From a candidate division WOR-3 bacterium (lineage in GTDB: Bacteria > Hydrothermota > Tepidihabitantia > Tepidihabitantales > Tepidihabitantaceae), in NCBI GenBank assembly GCA_965649295.1, contig CBFGKH010000003.1:32001-96000 (forward strand): a DNA stretch of 64,000 nt, written 5' to 3'. A model generated the notes under the pieces. That model had not been told where the DNA came from and made no database searches. It was given only the letters and a program-made list of their open reading frames with translations. Positions 10,405-22,896 of this stretch are shown one piece after another. Every line of letters begins with the position of its first letter. The stretch's first letter is position 1. The translations under genes and the position numbers were made by a program.

Positions 10405-12170
10405 TGTAGTAAATCGCGGAGCGGCTCAAACCGCCGCAACCGAACCGGGTGACGAAGCTTCTTGAGCGCCTTAGCCTCAATCTGCCGTACCCGCTCGCGG
10501 GTGATGTTGAAAATCTGACCAACCTCTTCCAGTGTGCGCGGACAACCATCGCCGAGCCCGAAACGCAGCCGAAGCACCTTCTCCTCACGTTTTGTCAAGG
10601 CGGCAAGCGCCTCTTCGAGTTTCTCGCCAAGCAACGATACACCCGCTGCGTGTGAAGGCGATGCTGTCTTCTCGTCGTAGATGAAATCGCCGATAAAGCT
10701 TGTCTCATCATCATCGACGGGTTTGTCAAGCGAGACCCCGAACTGCGATATCTTAGTCAGCGCCTCAATCTTCTCCTTGGGTGTCGAAAGCCGTTGCGCC
10801 AGCTCTGCTACCGTCGCCTCTCGGCCGTAGAGCTGCATAAACTTGCGCTGGAGCTTGGCCACCTTGTTGATGGCATCAATGATATGTGCCGGGACGCGAA
10901 CGGTCCGTGACTGATCGGCAATCGCCCGCGTGATTGCCTGCTTGATCCACCAAGTCGCATAGGTCGAGAATTTGAACCCCTTACGGTAGTTGAACTTCTC
11001 AACTGCCTTGATCAGGCCGACGTTACCCTCCTCCAGCAGATCGGCAAACTCCAGTCCGCGATTGGCATAGCGCTTGGCGATTGATATCACCAACCGCACG
11101 TTACCCTCGATCATCTTGTCCCGGGCCGCAAGAATGCGACTTTCGCAGGCGGCGATTTCGTTCAGCACCTTCTTTATTTCATTCGTGTTACGGCCCAGGA
11201 ACGCCTGGCACTCCCGCAACTGCTGACGCAGCTTCTTGACTTCCTCGGTGTTCTCGCGGTTTTCGGCCCGCGCCTTCATGATCTCCCGCGCACACTCAAG
11301 CGCCGTCATGCCCTTCTGCTTGAACTCACCAATCAGGTTGTTGATTAGATGATGCTGCAGTGAGAGCGACTGCACCCGGGCGAAGACCTTCTTCTTGATC
11401 TCCCGGATCTGACGCGCAACCGCTGCCGTCTGCTTGCGTTTCTGCAGGCTCTCAATCCGATCCGCGTCGCGGCGAATCTCCTTGAGACAACGGACAAACC
11501 GCAAACGGTCTCGCCAGAGCGCCTTCTTGTCAAAGAGGCACTCGAACTCAACTCGGGCAATCTGGTCAAGCGACTTGGTGCCTTCTTCCACTGCCCAGCA
11601 TTCTTCGACCAGCCGTCGCATCATCGTCACCGGGTCGAACAGGTACTGGATTATGCTCTTGTACCCTTCCTCCATCTCTCGGGAATAGCGGATCTCCTCC
11701 TCCCGCGTCAGCAACGGTAGCTTGGAAAGCTCACGGAAATACGACTTAGTCGGATCCTCAGTCCGCTGGATAACCGGTTTCGGCCCCCTATGAAACGTCG
11801 CTGCACCCTGTTCCTCATCTCGCGATTCGGTCATCGTGATACCGTTGCGGGCGAGGTCCGCCACAAACTCTTCGAGTCGGTCTGTGGACATAAGAACCTC
11901 ATCGGGCACGAGGTCCTCAAGCTCATCGTAGGTTATGCGCTTCTCCCCGCCGGCCTTTGCATAAACTGTCTCCACCCATTCTGGCCGCTCACCCGGCAAT
12001 TCCTCACTCGGGGTTCGCTTCTCCTGCTCCCCGACTTTTGCCGACTTCCGGCCTCTGCGCTTTGTACCCTGCAATTTGGTCTTTGGCTCTTCCTTCACTA
12101 CCCGCAGCTCGTCACCAGCCGCCTTTTCCGCCTGCTGGCGCTGCCTGGTTGAACGCTTCTGTCGTTTCAT
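10401..12170 (-). CDS. rpoD: Primary RNA polymerase sigma factor
   Basis: [42 protein letters not shown]. Confidence 0.97.
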   Translation of the reverse strand: MKRQKRSTRQRQQAEKAAGDELRVVKEEPKTKLQGTKRRGRKSAKVGEQEKRTPSEELPGERPEWVETVYAKAGGEKRITYDELEDLVPDEVLMSTDRLEEFVADLARNGITMTESRDEEQGAATFHRGPKPVIQRTEDPTKSYFRELSKLPLLTREEEIRYSREMEEGYKSIIQYLFDPVTMMRRLVEECWAVEEGTKSLDQIARVEFECLFDKKALWRDRLRFVRCLKEIRRDADRIESLQKRKQTAAVARQIREIKKKVFARVQSLSLQHHLINNLIGEFKQKGMTALECAREIMKARAENRENTEEVKKLRQQLRECQAFLGRNTNEIKKVLNEIAACESRILAARDKMIEGNVRLVISIAKRYANRGLEFADLLEEGNVGLIKAVEKFNYRKGFKFSTYATWWIKQAITRAIADQSRTVRVPAHIIDAINKVAKLQRKFMQLYGREATVAELAQRLSTPKEKIEALTKISQFGVSLDKPVDDDETSFIGDFIYDEKTASPSHAAGVSLLGEKLEEALAALTKREEKVLRLRFGLGDGCPRTLEEVGQIFNITRERVRQIEAKALKKLRHPVRLRRFEPLRDLLQ

Positions 12171-13837
12171 TGGCGGCTGCTCCTTTCTCTTGCAATCTCT
12201 CTCAACAGACTATGTCGCTCACTGGTCAAGACTGCGACCGCTCCATCATCGCCGGCGGCTGCTGCTGCCAGAATCCGACGGTGGAGCCAATTCGCTCGCG
12301 TTCGTCTGACCCGCTCGCGATACTCGGCGGGTGTCGGCAAGACCGACTCAGTGACCGTCCACGATGCAACCCGCCGGCGTAACTCGACGTCCTCAATCAG
12401 TTCAAGCACGGCGCCGGCGCCGAACGCCGGCCGATCACACTCTTCGAAAACAATTCGCAACACTTTTTGCAGATCAGGTTCGTTTATGACCTCCACCAAC
12501 ATATGCTCACGCGCGATTCGAGCCAACTCAGCATCCTGCACCGCGGCTGCCACTAATCTTTCCTCAATACGAGTAAGTCCCGTCGGCGGCCGCCGACTGG
12601 CTGCCACCGTAACCTTATCCATTACCAATACTGACTTATCGACGCCAAACCGCTTTGCAATCCGGTTTCGGTATAGCTCACGCGCCGCCGGGTCCGGTAT
12701 CAATCTCACCAAAGAGACCAGTTCCTGCAGAGCTGCCTTTTGCTCTGCAACCGCCTTCAAAGACCGGTTAGAGAGCAAATGGTCAACAAAATCATTGGCC
12801 TCGGCTACCGTCGCTGCGAAACGCTCCTTGCCGTGCTTGCGCACATAGCTGTCCGGGTCCTCACCCGCTGGCAACGTAACAATTCCCGGTTCGATGCCGG
12901 CTGCGAGCAGAACTGCTATCGCCCGCGCCGCTGCCTTGCGGCCAGCGGCATCACCATCAAACATTATGATAGCACGGTCATTGTAACGTCGCAATACCTG
13001 CGCCTGCTGTGGCGTGAGCGCAGTGCCTAGCGGGGCTACCACACTATTCAAACCGGCGTCAACGACCGAGAGCAGATCGAAATTGCCTTCCACGACAATC
13101 GGCACCTCGTTGCGGAGATACCCCTTAGCTTGAAACAGGCCGTAAAGGTTGTCGCCTTTACGGAATATCGGACTCTCCGGCGAGTTGAGGTACTTCGGTT
13201 CGGTCGCATCTAGCACCCGACCACCAAAGGCAATAACTCGGCCTGAAAGGGAGAATACCGGAAACATCAACCGGTCATAGAAATAGTCAGCGAGCCCGTT
13301 ATCGCGCACGGCCAGCAGACCGGCCTGCACGAGTACATCTTCTGACCACCCCTTTCGCTTAGCCTCTCCCCGCAGCCTGTTCCCCCCTGGTGCGAAACCA
13401 AGCCGAAAGCGCCGAACTGTCTCCACGCCTAGCCCGCGTCGCTTGAGATACTCCTGCGCCGCGGTGCTTCGACCCAGCTGCTGTTCGTAGAACTGACACG
13501 CTAGTTCGCAAACATCATACAAGGCCTGACTCCGGTCACTAGGCTTATCTGACTCAACCCTGATGCCCAGTCGTTTGCCTAGGAACTTGACCGCTTCCGG
13601 GAACTCCAGTTTCTCAATGGCCATAACAAAATTGATCACACTCCCACCGGCTCCACAGCCAAAACAATGATAGGTCTGGCGTTCCGGGTTCACATAGAAC
13701 GACGGCGATCGCTCAGTATGAAAAGGACAGAGCCCACGCCAGTTACGGCCCACTTTCTTCAAAGCCACGTAACCCGAGACAAGCTCAACAATATCAGTCC
13801 CGGTCCTAACCTGTTCAATCACCTCTGGTTTAATCAT
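12167..13837 (-). CDS. dnaG: DNA primase
   Basis: CPFH..CFGC zinc finger, KYLNSPE, EGNFD, FDGDAAG Toprim. Confidence 0.98.
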   Translation of the reverse strand: MIKPEVIEQVRTGTDIVELVSGYVALKKVGRNWRGLCPFHTERSPSFYVNPERQTYHCFGCGAGGSVINFVMAIEKLEFPEAVKFLGKRLGIRVESDKPSDRSQALYDVCELACQFYEQQLGRSTAAQEYLKRRGLGVETVRRFRLGFAPGGNRLRGEAKRKGWSEDVLVQAGLLAVRDNGLADYFYDRLMFPVFSLSGRVIAFGGRVLDATEPKYLNSPESPIFRKGDNLYGLFQAKGYLRNEVPIVVEGNFDLLSVVDAGLNSVVAPLGTALTPQQAQVLRRYNDRAIIMFDGDAAGRKAAARAIAVLLAAGIEPGIVTLPAGEDPDSYVRKHGKERFAATVAEANDFVDHLLSNRSLKAVAEQKAALQELVSLVRLIPDPAARELYRNRIAKRFGVDKSVLVMDKVTVAASRRPPTGLTRIEERLVAAAVQDAELARIAREHMLVEVINEPDLQKVLRIVFEECDRPAFGAGAVLELIEDVELRRRVASWTVTESVLPTPAEYRERVRRTRANWLHRRILAAAAAGDDGAVAVLTSERHSLLREIARERSSRQ

Positions 13838-16170
13838 GCCCTTAACCTAATGACGCTTACCCCACCGCCGCCCTGCGCAGGTTCAGCTAGCCGCACCTCT
13901 TCAACCCGCCCATCTGCACGGCAAAGCTGCCAGACCATTCTCCGTAGCACCCCCGCCCCCTTCCCGTGCAGCACCCACAGTTCACGTGCGCCACAGACAG
14001 CAGCATCATCAAGGAAACGCCGGACTGCAATCTCGGCATCATCACGCGTCATCCCGATTATCTTCAGATGGGGATCGAAACTGTATGAATCATCCCCCGC
14101 CGCCGGCTCAAGACTCACCGTGCTGCTCTTTGGTACCGGAGTGAGGTCTGTTCGTCTGAGCTGCATACGAATCTGACCGAAGACAACATCAGCAGTCTCG
14201 CTGCCCAGCTCGACAACAACCCCCTGCCGCTGTAACATGCGCGACCAGACACTGTCGCCGACAGCAATCTTGTCGTTCTCACCCGATTCGGTGTTTGCTG
14301 GTTCACCTGCTGACGCAATTGCCCGCAGTCCATCCTCGACAGCCCGCTTAGCCGCAACGACACTGTTTCGGTCGGCCTGTTGCTCTTTGATCTGCCGCAC
14401 CAAGTTCTCAACCTCCCGTCGCTTCGCCAATAGGAAATGTTCCTGTTCGCTCCGCATTCGCTCGTGCTCGGCCGCGAGGGCACGCTTAGCCGACGCAACT
14501 TTCTCTTCGAGCTCGTGTCGGGATTGCCGGGCTGATGCCAGCTCCTGCTCAGCCAGCCGCCGCGCTGCTTGCGCTCTAGTCAGTTCTTCGTCTAGCGCCC
14601 GCAACTTGGCGGCAAGGTCAAACCATTCGTGGCCGATACGTTGTCGGGCTCGTTCCAAGACCGTATCAGGCATCCCAGCCGCAGCCGCTATTTCGAATGC
14701 ACTCGACTCACCAGGAAAACCCATCCGCAACCGATAGGTTGGTCCGTACGACTGTTTGCCGTCCCGACACTTGATCGTTCCCCACTCCATCGCCGCATTG
14801 ACCATTCCGGGCTGATCCTGCACAAACACCTTCAACGCTCCAAAGTGAGTCGTTACGACTGACCGCACGCCCCGGTCACGAAGGACCTCAAGCACCGCAC
14901 TAGCCAGTGCAGCGCCTTCCTCCGGCGCAGTTGATGCACCTATTTCGTCAATCAACACTAGGCTGCTGGACTCGGCTCGCTTCAGTATCTCTTTCAATCG
15001 CCCAATGTGAGCAGTAAACGAGGAAAGACCAGTATCGAGCGACTGCTCGTCACCGATGTCAGCAAAGACAGCACCAAATACTGGTAGCTTCGTACCAGTC
15101 CGCGCTGGCAGGTACATTCCGCTTCCGAGCATCAAACTAAATAGCCCCAGCGTCTTCAGCACGACAGTCTTGCCACCGGCATTCGGTCCGGATATCAGCA
15201 CCACGCTGGCGTCATCGGGAAAGCGAAAACGAAGCGGTACAACAGCAACACCCATATGTTCAAGCAAAGGGTGCCGACCATCAACAATCTCAATGCTACC
15301 ATCGGCGGCTATCTCTGGCCGGCAGCAGTCAAATCGAACGGCGAACCGACGTTTGGCAACAAGCAAGTCAAGTTCAGCTACGGCGGCCAGCGCTGTCGTC
15401 AACCGATCTGCCTCGGCGGCAACCGACCGGGACAGCCCCCGAAGAATGCGAGCCACTTCCTCACCCTCGGCATCCTTCAGCTCTTGGAATTCGTTCCCGT
15501 CATTGACAAGTGTCAGCGGTTCGACATACAGAGTCTGACCAGTGCCCGAACTTCCGTGGACGACGCCACGAACGCGGGTGCGATGTTCGAGCCGCAGTGG
15601 CAGCACCAGCCTTTCACCCCGCAACGCCACCCCGCCGCTAAACCATTCTGGATGTTCACTAACGATGCGCTCCAGTTCCTTGACAAGTTTGGCCCGTTTG
15701 CGACGTAGGCTGCTACGGATGGTCGCTAGCTCAGTTGATGCACTGTCCAGTACATCTCCATTGTCATCAAGCGCGTTGCTAAGTGTCGTCTCAAGATCAA
15801 TTGGCGACGGCATAGCCCGAACCAGATCGTCAATTGCGGCCAGTACCGCCCGGTGGCGCCGGAGAAACTCGCTGCACCGTCGCAATCCCCGACACGTCCG
15901 TAGTACCTTGAGCAACTCTGGGCCACTCAGGACACCCTGCACCCGTAGCACATCCAGTAACGGCCTGATGTCATTAACTTCGGCCAGCGGTGGCTCTTCG
16001 GGAAGTTCAGTTACGGCAGTCAGACGAGCAAGTGCGGTCACAACCGTTGCCTGCTCGCTGCTGGGCACCAGGGCTAGCGCCCGCTCGCGGCCACAATCGG
16101 TCGTGCAGAAACCGGCTAGCAGCTCTCGGATACGAGGCCAGCCCAGTGCCTCTAAAGTATGAGCGTCCAT
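13834..16170 (-). CDS. mutS2: Endonuclease MutS2 with C-terminal Smr domain
   Basis: GPNAGGKT, DIGDEQS, DEIG..T, HGKGAGVLR. Confidence 0.95.
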   Translation of the reverse strand: MDAHTLEALGWPRIRELLAGFCTTDCGRERALALVPSSEQATVVTALARLTAVTELPEEPPLAEVNDIRPLLDVLRVQGVLSGPELLKVLRTCRGLRRCSEFLRRHRAVLAAIDDLVRAMPSPIDLETTLSNALDDNGDVLDSASTELATIRSSLRRKRAKLVKELERIVSEHPEWFSGGVALRGERLVLPLRLEHRTRVRGVVHGSSGTGQTLYVEPLTLVNDGNEFQELKDAEGEEVARILRGLSRSVAAEADRLTTALAAVAELDLLVAKRRFAVRFDCCRPEIAADGSIEIVDGRHPLLEHMGVAVVPLRFRFPDDASVVLISGPNAGGKTVVLKTLGLFSLMLGSGMYLPARTGTKLPVFGAVFADIGDEQSLDTGLSSFTAHIGRLKEILKRAESSSLVLIDEIGASTAPEEGAALASAVLEVLRDRGVRSVVTTHFGALKVFVQDQPGMVNAAMEWGTIKCRDGKQSYGPTYRLRMGFPGESSAFEIAAAAGMPDTVLERARQRIGHEWFDLAAKLRALDEELTRAQAARRLAEQELASARQSRHELEEKVASAKRALAAEHERMRSEQEHFLLAKRREVENLVRQIKEQQADRNSVVAAKRAVEDGLRAIASAGEPANTESGENDKIAVGDSVWSRMLQRQGVVVELGSETADVVFGQIRMQLRRTDLTPVPKSSTVSLEPAAGDDSYSFDPHLKIIGMTRDDAEIAVRRFLDDAAVCGARELWVLHGKGAGVLRRMVWQLCRADGRVEEVRLAEPAQGGGGVSVIRLRA

Positions 16171-16208
16171 CGTGTAGCTTCTGCTGCTACCCGACTGAAC
16201 CGGCGTCG

Positions 16209-16400
16209 CTAGTCCTGGTTGCGCCGCCGATGCGACCTTCGTCGTGCTTCCGCTAACTTCCGTTTGCGTCTTTCGCTCGGCTTCTCGTAGAACTCACGCC
16301 GTTTCAACTCACGCAAGATCCCGGCGTTTTCACAGGCGCGCCGAAACCGGCGAATGAAACTCTCATACGATTCGCCTTCTTTCACGGTAATACCGACCAT
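16209..16400 (-). CDS. rpsU: 30S ribosomal protein S21
   Basis: RRFRR, REFYEKPSE; strong SD AAAGGAGGTG. Confidence 0.97.
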   Translation of the reverse strand: MVGITVKEGESYESFIRRFRRACENAGILRELKRREFYEKPSERRKRKLAEARRRSHRRRNQD

Positions 16401-17170
16401 GCCTCGTTAGCACCTCCTTTCATGGCATCTTGACGGACACTTTGACCACCCAAATCGCCTAGGAGCTGCAGCGCACTCGAGACCACGGCGGTTGCCGCGG
16501 TCTCGGCCCTCAGCCTTCTGGGCCCAAGAGAAAACGGACTAACACCTGCTGACTTCAGCACCTGTACTTCTTCCGGGGTGAAACCACCCTCAGGTCCTAC
16601 TACCAGCAGCAGACTTCGGATTCGGGAATCAAGCACATCCCCCAGCCCGGTCTTGCATTCCTCTTCTTCATAGGCGACTAGCGCTTGGTCGAACTCAGCC
16701 ATCCGTGTTATCAGTCTAGCAATATCATGCGGCGGTTCAATTATCGGCAGCACGGCACGAGCACAGGACTTCATCGCCGCCAGCGCAACTGCCCGCAAAC
16801 GCTCCAATCTGACCCCGCTCAACCTACCTATCGTCCGTTCGGTGCGCAGCGGGATGAAACGACTAATACCCAACTCAGTGGCCTGCTCGCAGGCTAGCGC
16901 CAACCTATCTCCCTTTAGCACTGCCATCGCTAGCGTAAGCTGATGCTGCGGTTCACGTCTGCCTTTTGCCGCAAACACGACTCGACCAACGACCCTGGTC
17001 GGATGTGTCGTCACTAGCTCAACTCCGTACTCATTGCCAGCTCCATCCACGACTGTAACTCGGTCTCCAGGTCGATGCCGCATGACCAGGCTGATGTGTC
17101 TGGCCTCGGGGCCGACAATTACTATTCGTCCGTCATCCGGGCTATGCGGGCTGTAGTAATATTCACTCAT
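16382..17170 (-). CDS. rsmE: 16S rRNA m3U1498 methyltransferase
   Basis: [23 protein letters not shown]. Confidence 0.96.
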   Translation of the reverse strand: MSEYYYSPHSPDDGRIVIVGPEARHISLVMRHRPGDRVTVVDGAGNEYGVELVTTHPTRVVGRVVFAAKGRREPQHQLTLAMAVLKGDRLALACEQATELGISRFIPLRTERTIGRLSGVRLERLRAVALAAMKSCARAVLPIIEPPHDIARLITRMAEFDQALVAYEEEECKTGLGDVLDSRIRSLLLVVGPEGGFTPEEVQVLKSAGVSPFSLGPRRLRAETAATAVVSSALQLLGDLGGQSVRQDAMKGGANEAWSVLP

Positions 17171-18294
17171 GACGGTCGGCGCGGCCCAGGCAGCGGCTCA
17201 CTTCTTGATTCTTCCAGCTTCCTGAGCAGGTTCTTCTCTTCGCGCGACAATCGGTGGGGAGTATGGACAACAACGCGCACGAGCTCATCGCCAACTCCAC
17301 CCTCGAGGTGTCTGATTCCGGCACCGCGGATCCGCAGAATCGTTCCAGACTGGGTGCCAGCCGGTATCTCCAAGTCCTTTTCTCCCTTGAGCGTCGGTAC
17401 CTTCACTCGACCGCCGAGCGCTGCTGTTGCTATCGATATCGGCAATTCGGTCACAATATCGTCACCCCGACGCAAGAAAAGCGGATGCTCTTTCTCTTCG
17501 ATCTCAACGATGACATCGCCTTTCCCGCCAGGACCAAAATGGCCCTCGTTACGTAGCGGCAGGTAATTACCACTCGCCACCCCCGCCGGAATTCGCACTC
17601 TCAGGGTCCGCTGTTTGCGGACACGACCGGTAGCGTCACACTTGCGACAAGGTTCCTTGACTCTACTTCCCTCACCACCGCAGGCTGGACAGCTTGTGAG
17701 CTGGATGAATTGCCCAAAGAATGAGCTTGAACGCCGCTGCACCTGTCCCTGCCCCTGACACGTTGGACAGACCTGACGACCGGTTCCACCCTGACCCGAG
17801 CAGTCTGGACAGGCCTCGTAACGAAAGAAACTAATCTCTTTGGTAACCGAATCGGCGATCTCCTCAAGCGTAAGGGACACTTTGATTCTAACGTCACCAC
17901 CCCGGGAACGACCCCGAGACCGGGTTGGGCTGCCAAACAGTAGGTCAATCAGGCTGGTCCCGGCACCAAACCCGTGAAGTATGTCACCAAAGATGTCGGC
18001 CAGGTCATCGGTATGGGTGAAGTCACGACGAAAGTCAAACCCGCCTGGCCCAAACCGACCCGAAACACCCTCGTGGCCATAGGTATCGTACAGCCGCCGC
18101 TTTTCGCTATCGGCCAGCACCTCATAAGCCTCAGAAAGCTCCTTGAATTTCTCCTCGGCCTCGGCTCGATTGTCAGGGTTTCGATCCGGATGGTATTCCT
18201 TTGCTAGGCGCCGGTAGGCCGACTTTATTTCGTCGGCAGTAGCCTCACGACCTACTCCGAGTACTTCGTAGTAGTCGCGCTTAGTCAGGGGCAT
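17167..18294 (-). CDS. dnaJ: Chaperone DnaJ
   Basis: J domain HPD, CxxCxGxG repeats. Confidence 0.98.
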   Translation of the reverse strand: MPLTKRDYYEVLGVGREATADEIKSAYRRLAKEYHPDRNPDNRAEAEEKFKELSEAYEVLADSEKRRLYDTYGHEGVSGRFGPGGFDFRRDFTHTDDLADIFGDILHGFGAGTSLIDLLFGSPTRSRGRSRGGDVRIKVSLTLEEIADSVTKEISFFRYEACPDCSGQGGTGRQVCPTCQGQGQVQRRSSSFFGQFIQLTSCPACGGEGSRVKEPCRKCDATGRVRKQRTLRVRIPAGVASGNYLPLRNEGHFGPGGKGDVIVEIEEKEHPLFLRRGDDIVTELPISIATAALGGRVKVPTLKGEKDLEIPAGTQSGTILRIRGAGIRHLEGGVGDELVRVVVHTPHRLSREEKNLLRKLEESRSEPLPGPRRPS

Positions 18295-18375
18295 TGCTCA
18301 ATACAAAGCCCAAACGACGCCGACCCCGCGCGCTAGGCGCAGGGCAGCAACCGTGGGGTTCTTGTCTAATCTGCG

Positions 18376-20274
18376 CTACTTCTTATCCTCGTCCACTACC
18401 GTGTAATCGGCATCAACCTTCTTGCCGGTCTCGGACTGGGGTCCGGCCGACGAATCAGCCTGCTTCTGCTGTCCGGCTTCCTTCTGCCGGTACATCTCTT
18501 CGGCTAGCTTGTAGCTGACTTTCTGCAGTCCCTCGATTGCCGAATCAATTGCCGCTTTGTCCTCACCCTTAAGGGTCTGCCGCAAGTTAGCAATTGCGTC
18601 CTCGACTGCTTTCTTGTCAGCCGCAGTAATCTTGTCGCCGAACTCTTTCAGGGTTTTCTCGGTCTGGTAGATTAGAGTATCAGCCCGGTTGCGACTGTCA
18701 ACAAGCTCACGTCGCCTTCTATCTTCAGCGGCATGCGCCTGGGCATCACTTACCATCCGATCAACCTCTTCTTTAGAAAGCCCAGACGAAGCTGTTATCT
18801 TGATACTCTGTTCTTTACCGGTAGCCCGGTCCTTGGCAGTGACGTGTAGTATCCCATCAGCGTCTATATCGAACGTCACTTCAATCTGGGGGATACCCCG
18901 CGGTGCTGGCGGGATGCCTGACAGTTCGAATCGGCCGAGCGTCCGGTTATCGCTCGCCATCTCCCGCTCGCCCTGTAGCACGTGGACGGTCACTGCCGGC
19001 TGGTTGTCCTCGGCCGTGGTAAAAACCTGGCTCTTACGTGTTGGAATCGTCGTGTTGCGTTCGATAATCTTCGTCATCACGCCGCCCAGTGTCTCAATCC
19101 CAAGCGATAGCGGCGTGACATCAAGCAACACAACATCCTTCACCTCTCCAGCCAGCACTGCACCCTGAATCGCTGCGCCAATTGCGACAACTTCATCGGG
19201 ATTGATGCCCTTATGTGGCTCTTTGCCGAAGAAGTCCCTCACCAGTTGCTGTACCCTCGGCATCCGCGTCTGACCACCAACCAAGATGACTTCATCAATC
19301 TCACGGGGAGTGACTTTGGCATCAGTCAGCGCCTGCTTAACCGGCCCCAACGTGCGCTGCACGAGGTCCTCAACCAACGATTCGAGTTTCGACCGGGTAA
19401 GTCGCAGATCAATGTGCAGCGGCCCTTTCTTTTCATCTGACCAAATGAACGGCAGTGATATCGTCGTCTCGAGTGAAGTGGATAGCTCACATTTGGCCTT
19501 CTCAGCCGCCTCCTTGATTCGCTGCAACGCGGTCTTGTCCTTGGCTAGATCAATACCGTGCTCGTTGCGAAACTCGGCAATGATCCAGTCCATCACCCGC
19601 TGGTCAAAGTCATCGCCACCAAGATGGGTATCGCCGTTGGTTGACTTGACTTCGAATACGCCATCGCCGATCTCAAGAATGGATATGTCGAACGTCCCGC
19701 CACCAAGGTCGTAGATGGCGATTCGCTCTGACTTCTTTTTGTCTAGGCCGTAGGCAAGTGCAGCCGCCGTCGGCTCATTGATGATTCGAAGCACATCCAG
19801 GCCAGCAATCTTGCCCGCGTCCTTGGTCGCCTGACGCTGCGAGTCGTTAAAGTAAGCCGGCACTGTAATGACAGCCTTAGTCACTGCTTCACCAAGATAA
19901 GCCTCGGCCGACTTCTTGAGGTATTGCAGAATCATCGCCGACACTTCTGGCGGCGACAGCTTCTTGCCATCAACCTCAACCCAAGCATCGCCGTTATCAG
20001 CCGGCACGACACGATATGGCACACGCTTTGCCTCGTCGGTCACCTCGCTCGCCCGCCGGCCCATAAACCGCTTAATAGAGTAGATTGTCGATTGCGGATT
20101 GATCACTGCCTGACGCTTAGCAAGCGTACCCACCAAACGCTCCTTACCCAGCGCCACTACTGACGGTGTCGTTCTACCGCCTTCCGGATTCGGAATAACC
20201 ACCGGTTGGCCGCGTTCCATCACCGCCACACAAGAGAACGTAGTTCCCAAGTCTATGCCAATGACCTTTGCCAT
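18376..20274 (-). CDS. dnaK: Chaperone DnaK
   Basis: [18 protein letters not shown] 20274 after SD AGGAGG. Confidence 0.99.
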   Translation of the reverse strand: MAKVIGIDLGTTFSCVAVMERGQPVVIPNPEGGRTTPSVVALGKERLVGTLAKRQAVINPQSTIYSIKRFMGRRASEVTDEAKRVPYRVVPADNGDAWVEVDGKKLSPPEVSAMILQYLKKSAEAYLGEAVTKAVITVPAYFNDSQRQATKDAGKIAGLDVLRIINEPTAAALAYGLDKKKSERIAIYDLGGGTFDISILEIGDGVFEVKSTNGDTHLGGDDFDQRVMDWIIAEFRNEHGIDLAKDKTALQRIKEAAEKAKCELSTSLETTISLPFIWSDEKKGPLHIDLRLTRSKLESLVEDLVQRTLGPVKQALTDAKVTPREIDEVILVGGQTRMPRVQQLVRDFFGKEPHKGINPDEVVAIGAAIQGAVLAGEVKDVVLLDVTPLSLGIETLGGVMTKIIERNTTIPTRKSQVFTTAEDNQPAVTVHVLQGEREMASDNRTLGRFELSGIPPAPRGIPQIEVTFDIDADGILHVTAKDRATGKEQSIKITASSGLSKEEVDRMVSDAQAHAAEDRRRRELVDSRNRADTLIYQTEKTLKEFGDKITAADKKAVEDAIANLRQTLKGEDKAAIDSAIEGLQKVSYKLAEEMYRQKEAGQQKQADSSAGPQSETGKKVDADYTVVDEDKK

Positions 20275-20312
20275 ATCAGTCCTCCTACTCGACTGGCTGC
20301 CGCCGGCAGCCA

Positions 20313-20858
20313 TCAATTAGTAACAATCTCACCCTCTGACAACTGCGGCTTGTCTCCGTCAGTCGCCGCTTCAGTTGCTCGCGCCACAATCACCCGTGCT
20401 GGCCTGATAACCCGACCGGCGCATTCGTACCCTTTGCACGCCTCACTAACGACTGTGTTCGGCAGGTGCTCACCGGCCGGCACGTGCCCAATTGCCTCGG
20501 CCCGGCGCGGGTCAAACTGCTCACCCAGGCAGCTATACTCGCAGACTCCGTGCCGCGCCAGCACATCACGCAACTGGCGGTGAATGAGCTCTACGCCCTT
20601 CCAGAAACTACTGTCTCTATCCGCGCCAGTCGCTTGCATTGCCCGATCAAAATTGTCCAGAACCGGTACCAAGTCCCTCACAAGAGCCTCAAGCGCCGCT
20701 TTGTTACTGATTTCGATGTCACGTTCCACCCGTCGTCGATAGTTGTCGAAATCGGCCAAAGCACGCAAATAGTCCTGTTTCAGGACTTTGGCCTCTTCGG
20801 CCAAACGTTCAGCCTCTCTGCGAAGTTTGGTTACCGGCCCAACGGGTTCGTTACTCAT
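20313..20858 (-). CDS. grpE: Nucleotide exchange factor GrpE
   Basis: [34 protein letters not shown]. Confidence 0.96.
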   Translation of the reverse strand: MSNEPVGPVTKLRREAERLAEEAKVLKQDYLRALADFDNYRRRVERDIEISNKAALEALVRDLVPVLDNFDRAMQATGADRDSSFWKGVELIHRQLRDVLARHGVCEYSCLGEQFDPRRAEAIGHVPAGEHLPNTVVSEACKGYECAGRVIRPARVIVARATEAATDGDKPQLSEGEIVTN

Positions 20859-20913
20859 ATTCAATCATAAGGTTAGACATTGCAGATAGATAGTGGGATT
20901 CGGCCAATCAGTC

Positions 20914-22059
20914 TCAGAGAGCAGCAAGCTCTCGATAGAAACCGGCAGTTTTTCTGGCAATCTCAGCCCAGTCGAACCGGGCAACTGCACGTTGACGGGC
21001 AGACTCTCCTAGACGTTGTCTTAGCGTCATATCACCGGCAAGCCTACGCATCCCAGCAGCAAACTCGTCCGGAGTGCGCACTAGCAGGCCGGTAACATCA
21101 GCAACAGCAACATCCAGCACACCGCAGCAGCCAAATGCAACCGATGGAAGTCCAGAGGCCATCGCCTCCAGCAAGGCAAGACCGAAAGCCTCACGCTCGC
21201 TCGGAAAAGCGAAGATGTCAAAGGCGTTCATAAGCGCCGGCACCTGGTCATAAGCGATCGCCGGCAGCAAGCGAATTGCTCCCTCACTAAGTGAGACATC
21301 GCGCTCGATTGCCGAACGCATCGGCCCCGGCCCAGCCAATACTAGTCGCAATCGCCGATCATTGATTACTCGAAAGACATCCATCAGAACCCCAACGCCT
21401 TTACTCTTGTGCAACCGGCCGACGAAACCGACGACAATGTCAGTCTCGCCAAACCCCAACTCCGCCCGCTTCTGCTGTCGCCGTATTGGGTCAGGCCGGA
21501 ATAGGTTAACATCTACGCCATTCGGAATCACCTGCACTGGACCATAAAAACACAGCCGCTCCTCGGCGCAAGCGTTGCTGACCGCAATCACGCCACTGCA
21601 CAACCGCAACAGAGCTGCGGTTGTGCCCTTCACCACTGGCCAGAGGAGTTTCGGCTTAGCCGAGAGAATCGAATGGCGCGTCAACACGGTAGTAATACCG
21701 TGCCGGCGAGCTTGCGCCAACCCTGCCCAGACCAACACCGAACCCTCGCTCTGGCCATGAACTATAGCGAACCGTCGCTGTCGAAAGAGACGTTCAAGGG
21801 CCACAAACATCCTAGGGTCAATCGCAACGTCGTGGTCCCGATACAACAACACCCCACCGGGCAGACGCTGCACCGGCACGGGCGAGGCAATCTGATCAGC
21901 GAGCGAGACTGCGCTTCTTGGAACGCGATGCGTCACTACTGTCACATCATGACCCTGGCGACGCAGTTCACGGGCTAGGTTAACAGTATGGTTCTCAATC
22001 CCACCGATGCTTGGCAGATAGGCATCGGTCAGAATACAGACTGCAAGGGCCGATTCCAC
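20914..22059 (-). CDS. GT4 glycosyltransferase with PigA-like N-terminus
   Basis: DAYLPSIGGIENH, EAFGLALLEAMASG; GTG 22059 lies 8 nt after a -10 element. Confidence 0.9.
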   Translation of the reverse strand: MESALAVCILTDAYLPSIGGIENHTVNLARELRRQGHDVTVVTHRVPRSAVSLADQIASPVPVQRLPGGVLLYRDHDVAIDPRMFVALERLFRQRRFAIVHGQSEGSVLVWAGLAQARRHGITTVLTRHSILSAKPKLLWPVVKGTTAALLRLCSGVIAVSNACAEERLCFYGPVQVIPNGVDVNLFRPDPIRRQQKRAELGFGETDIVVGFVGRLHKSKGVGVLMDVFRVINDRRLRLVLAGPGPMRSAIERDVSLSEGAIRLLPAIAYDQVPALMNAFDIFAFPSEREAFGLALLEAMASGLPSVAFGCCGVLDVAVADVTGLLVRTPDEFAAGMRRLAGDMTLRQRLGESARQRAVARFDWAEIARKTAGFYRELAAL

Positions 22060-22067
22060 TCTAACAG

Positions 22068-22095
22068 ATGCTACCATCGAGCCGTAGCCTGTCAA
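22068..22095 (-). promoter_or_regulatory. sigma70-type promoter (leaderless candidate)
   Basis: TTGACA-N16-TAGCAT. Confidence 0.65.
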
Positions 22096-22204
22096 AACTA
22101 CTACCCGCAATGTACCTAAGGCGACTAGAAACAGAGACACTACCGCTGCCCATCTAGTGCATCACCCCTGCCAACGACTGTCAGACGGCTGGGTTGAATA
22201 GTTA

Positions 22205-22228
22205 AGGGCGGGGCTTGCGCCCCGCCCT
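22205..22228 (-). terminator. Hairpin terminator after the PDZ gene
   Basis: AGGGCGGGGC-TTGC-GCCCCGCCCT 10-bp stem. Confidence 0.65.
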
Positions 22229-22257
22229 GCCCACGAAGGAGGCGGACTGCGGACAGA

Positions 22258-22836
22258 TTACTTCTTATCTCGTTTCATTAGTTCGACGCGCAAAGAATCA
22301 ACTAGTTGCCTCAGTTCTTCGACCTCTGCCCTGAGCTGATCAAGTTGCTCATCACTGGCCTCGAGTGCCTGTACAACCCTCGGTCCAGCCCTGCGCAAGG
22401 CCCGCCGTACCTCTAACAGTGCCTCCCGCGGCAGCTCAAGCCAGCGAAAGTCGCTGTCAGCAAACTCACTCTGTCGTCGAGCCTCAAGTCTTGCCTTCAA
22501 CAATCGAGATTCACCACGGCGCCGAACTTCCAGTTCCACCACTGTGCCAGGCCTACTCCTCACTACTCGACGGAAGTCGGCAATGCTATAGATTGGCTGT
22601 CCAGCCACGGCCAAAATGACATCTCCCTTCAGCAGACCGGCCTTTTCTGCCGGCGAACCATCTGCCACTGCGGTCACCAGGACTCCATTCTCGATGCCCA
22701 AAGCTATGAGCATCGGCTCGCTCAAGTCCTCGGTGTGGACACCCAACCAGCCTCGCTGAGTTTCACCTGAATCGGTATCGCCTGCGGCAAGAACAACCCC
22801 AACCAGCGCCAAGAGGAACATCATATTCTTCCGCAT
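22258..22836 (-). CDS. Secreted PDZ-domain protein with coiled-coil tail
   Basis: Signal peptide, RGWLGV, GSPAEKAGL..GDVI. Confidence 0.88.
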   Translation of the reverse strand: MRKNMMFLLALVGVVLAAGDTDSGETQRGWLGVHTEDLSEPMLIALGIENGVLVTAVADGSPAEKAGLLKGDVILAVAGQPIYSIADFRRVVRSRPGTVVELEVRRRGESRLLKARLEARRQSEFADSDFRWLELPREALLEVRRALRRAGPRVVQALEASDEQLDQLRAEVEELRQLVDSLRVELMKRDKK

Positions 22837-22896
22837 TCGACTACTCCTTTGCCCGACGGTCCAGCCTGACTATATCATCCATTGCATTCTGAACGG

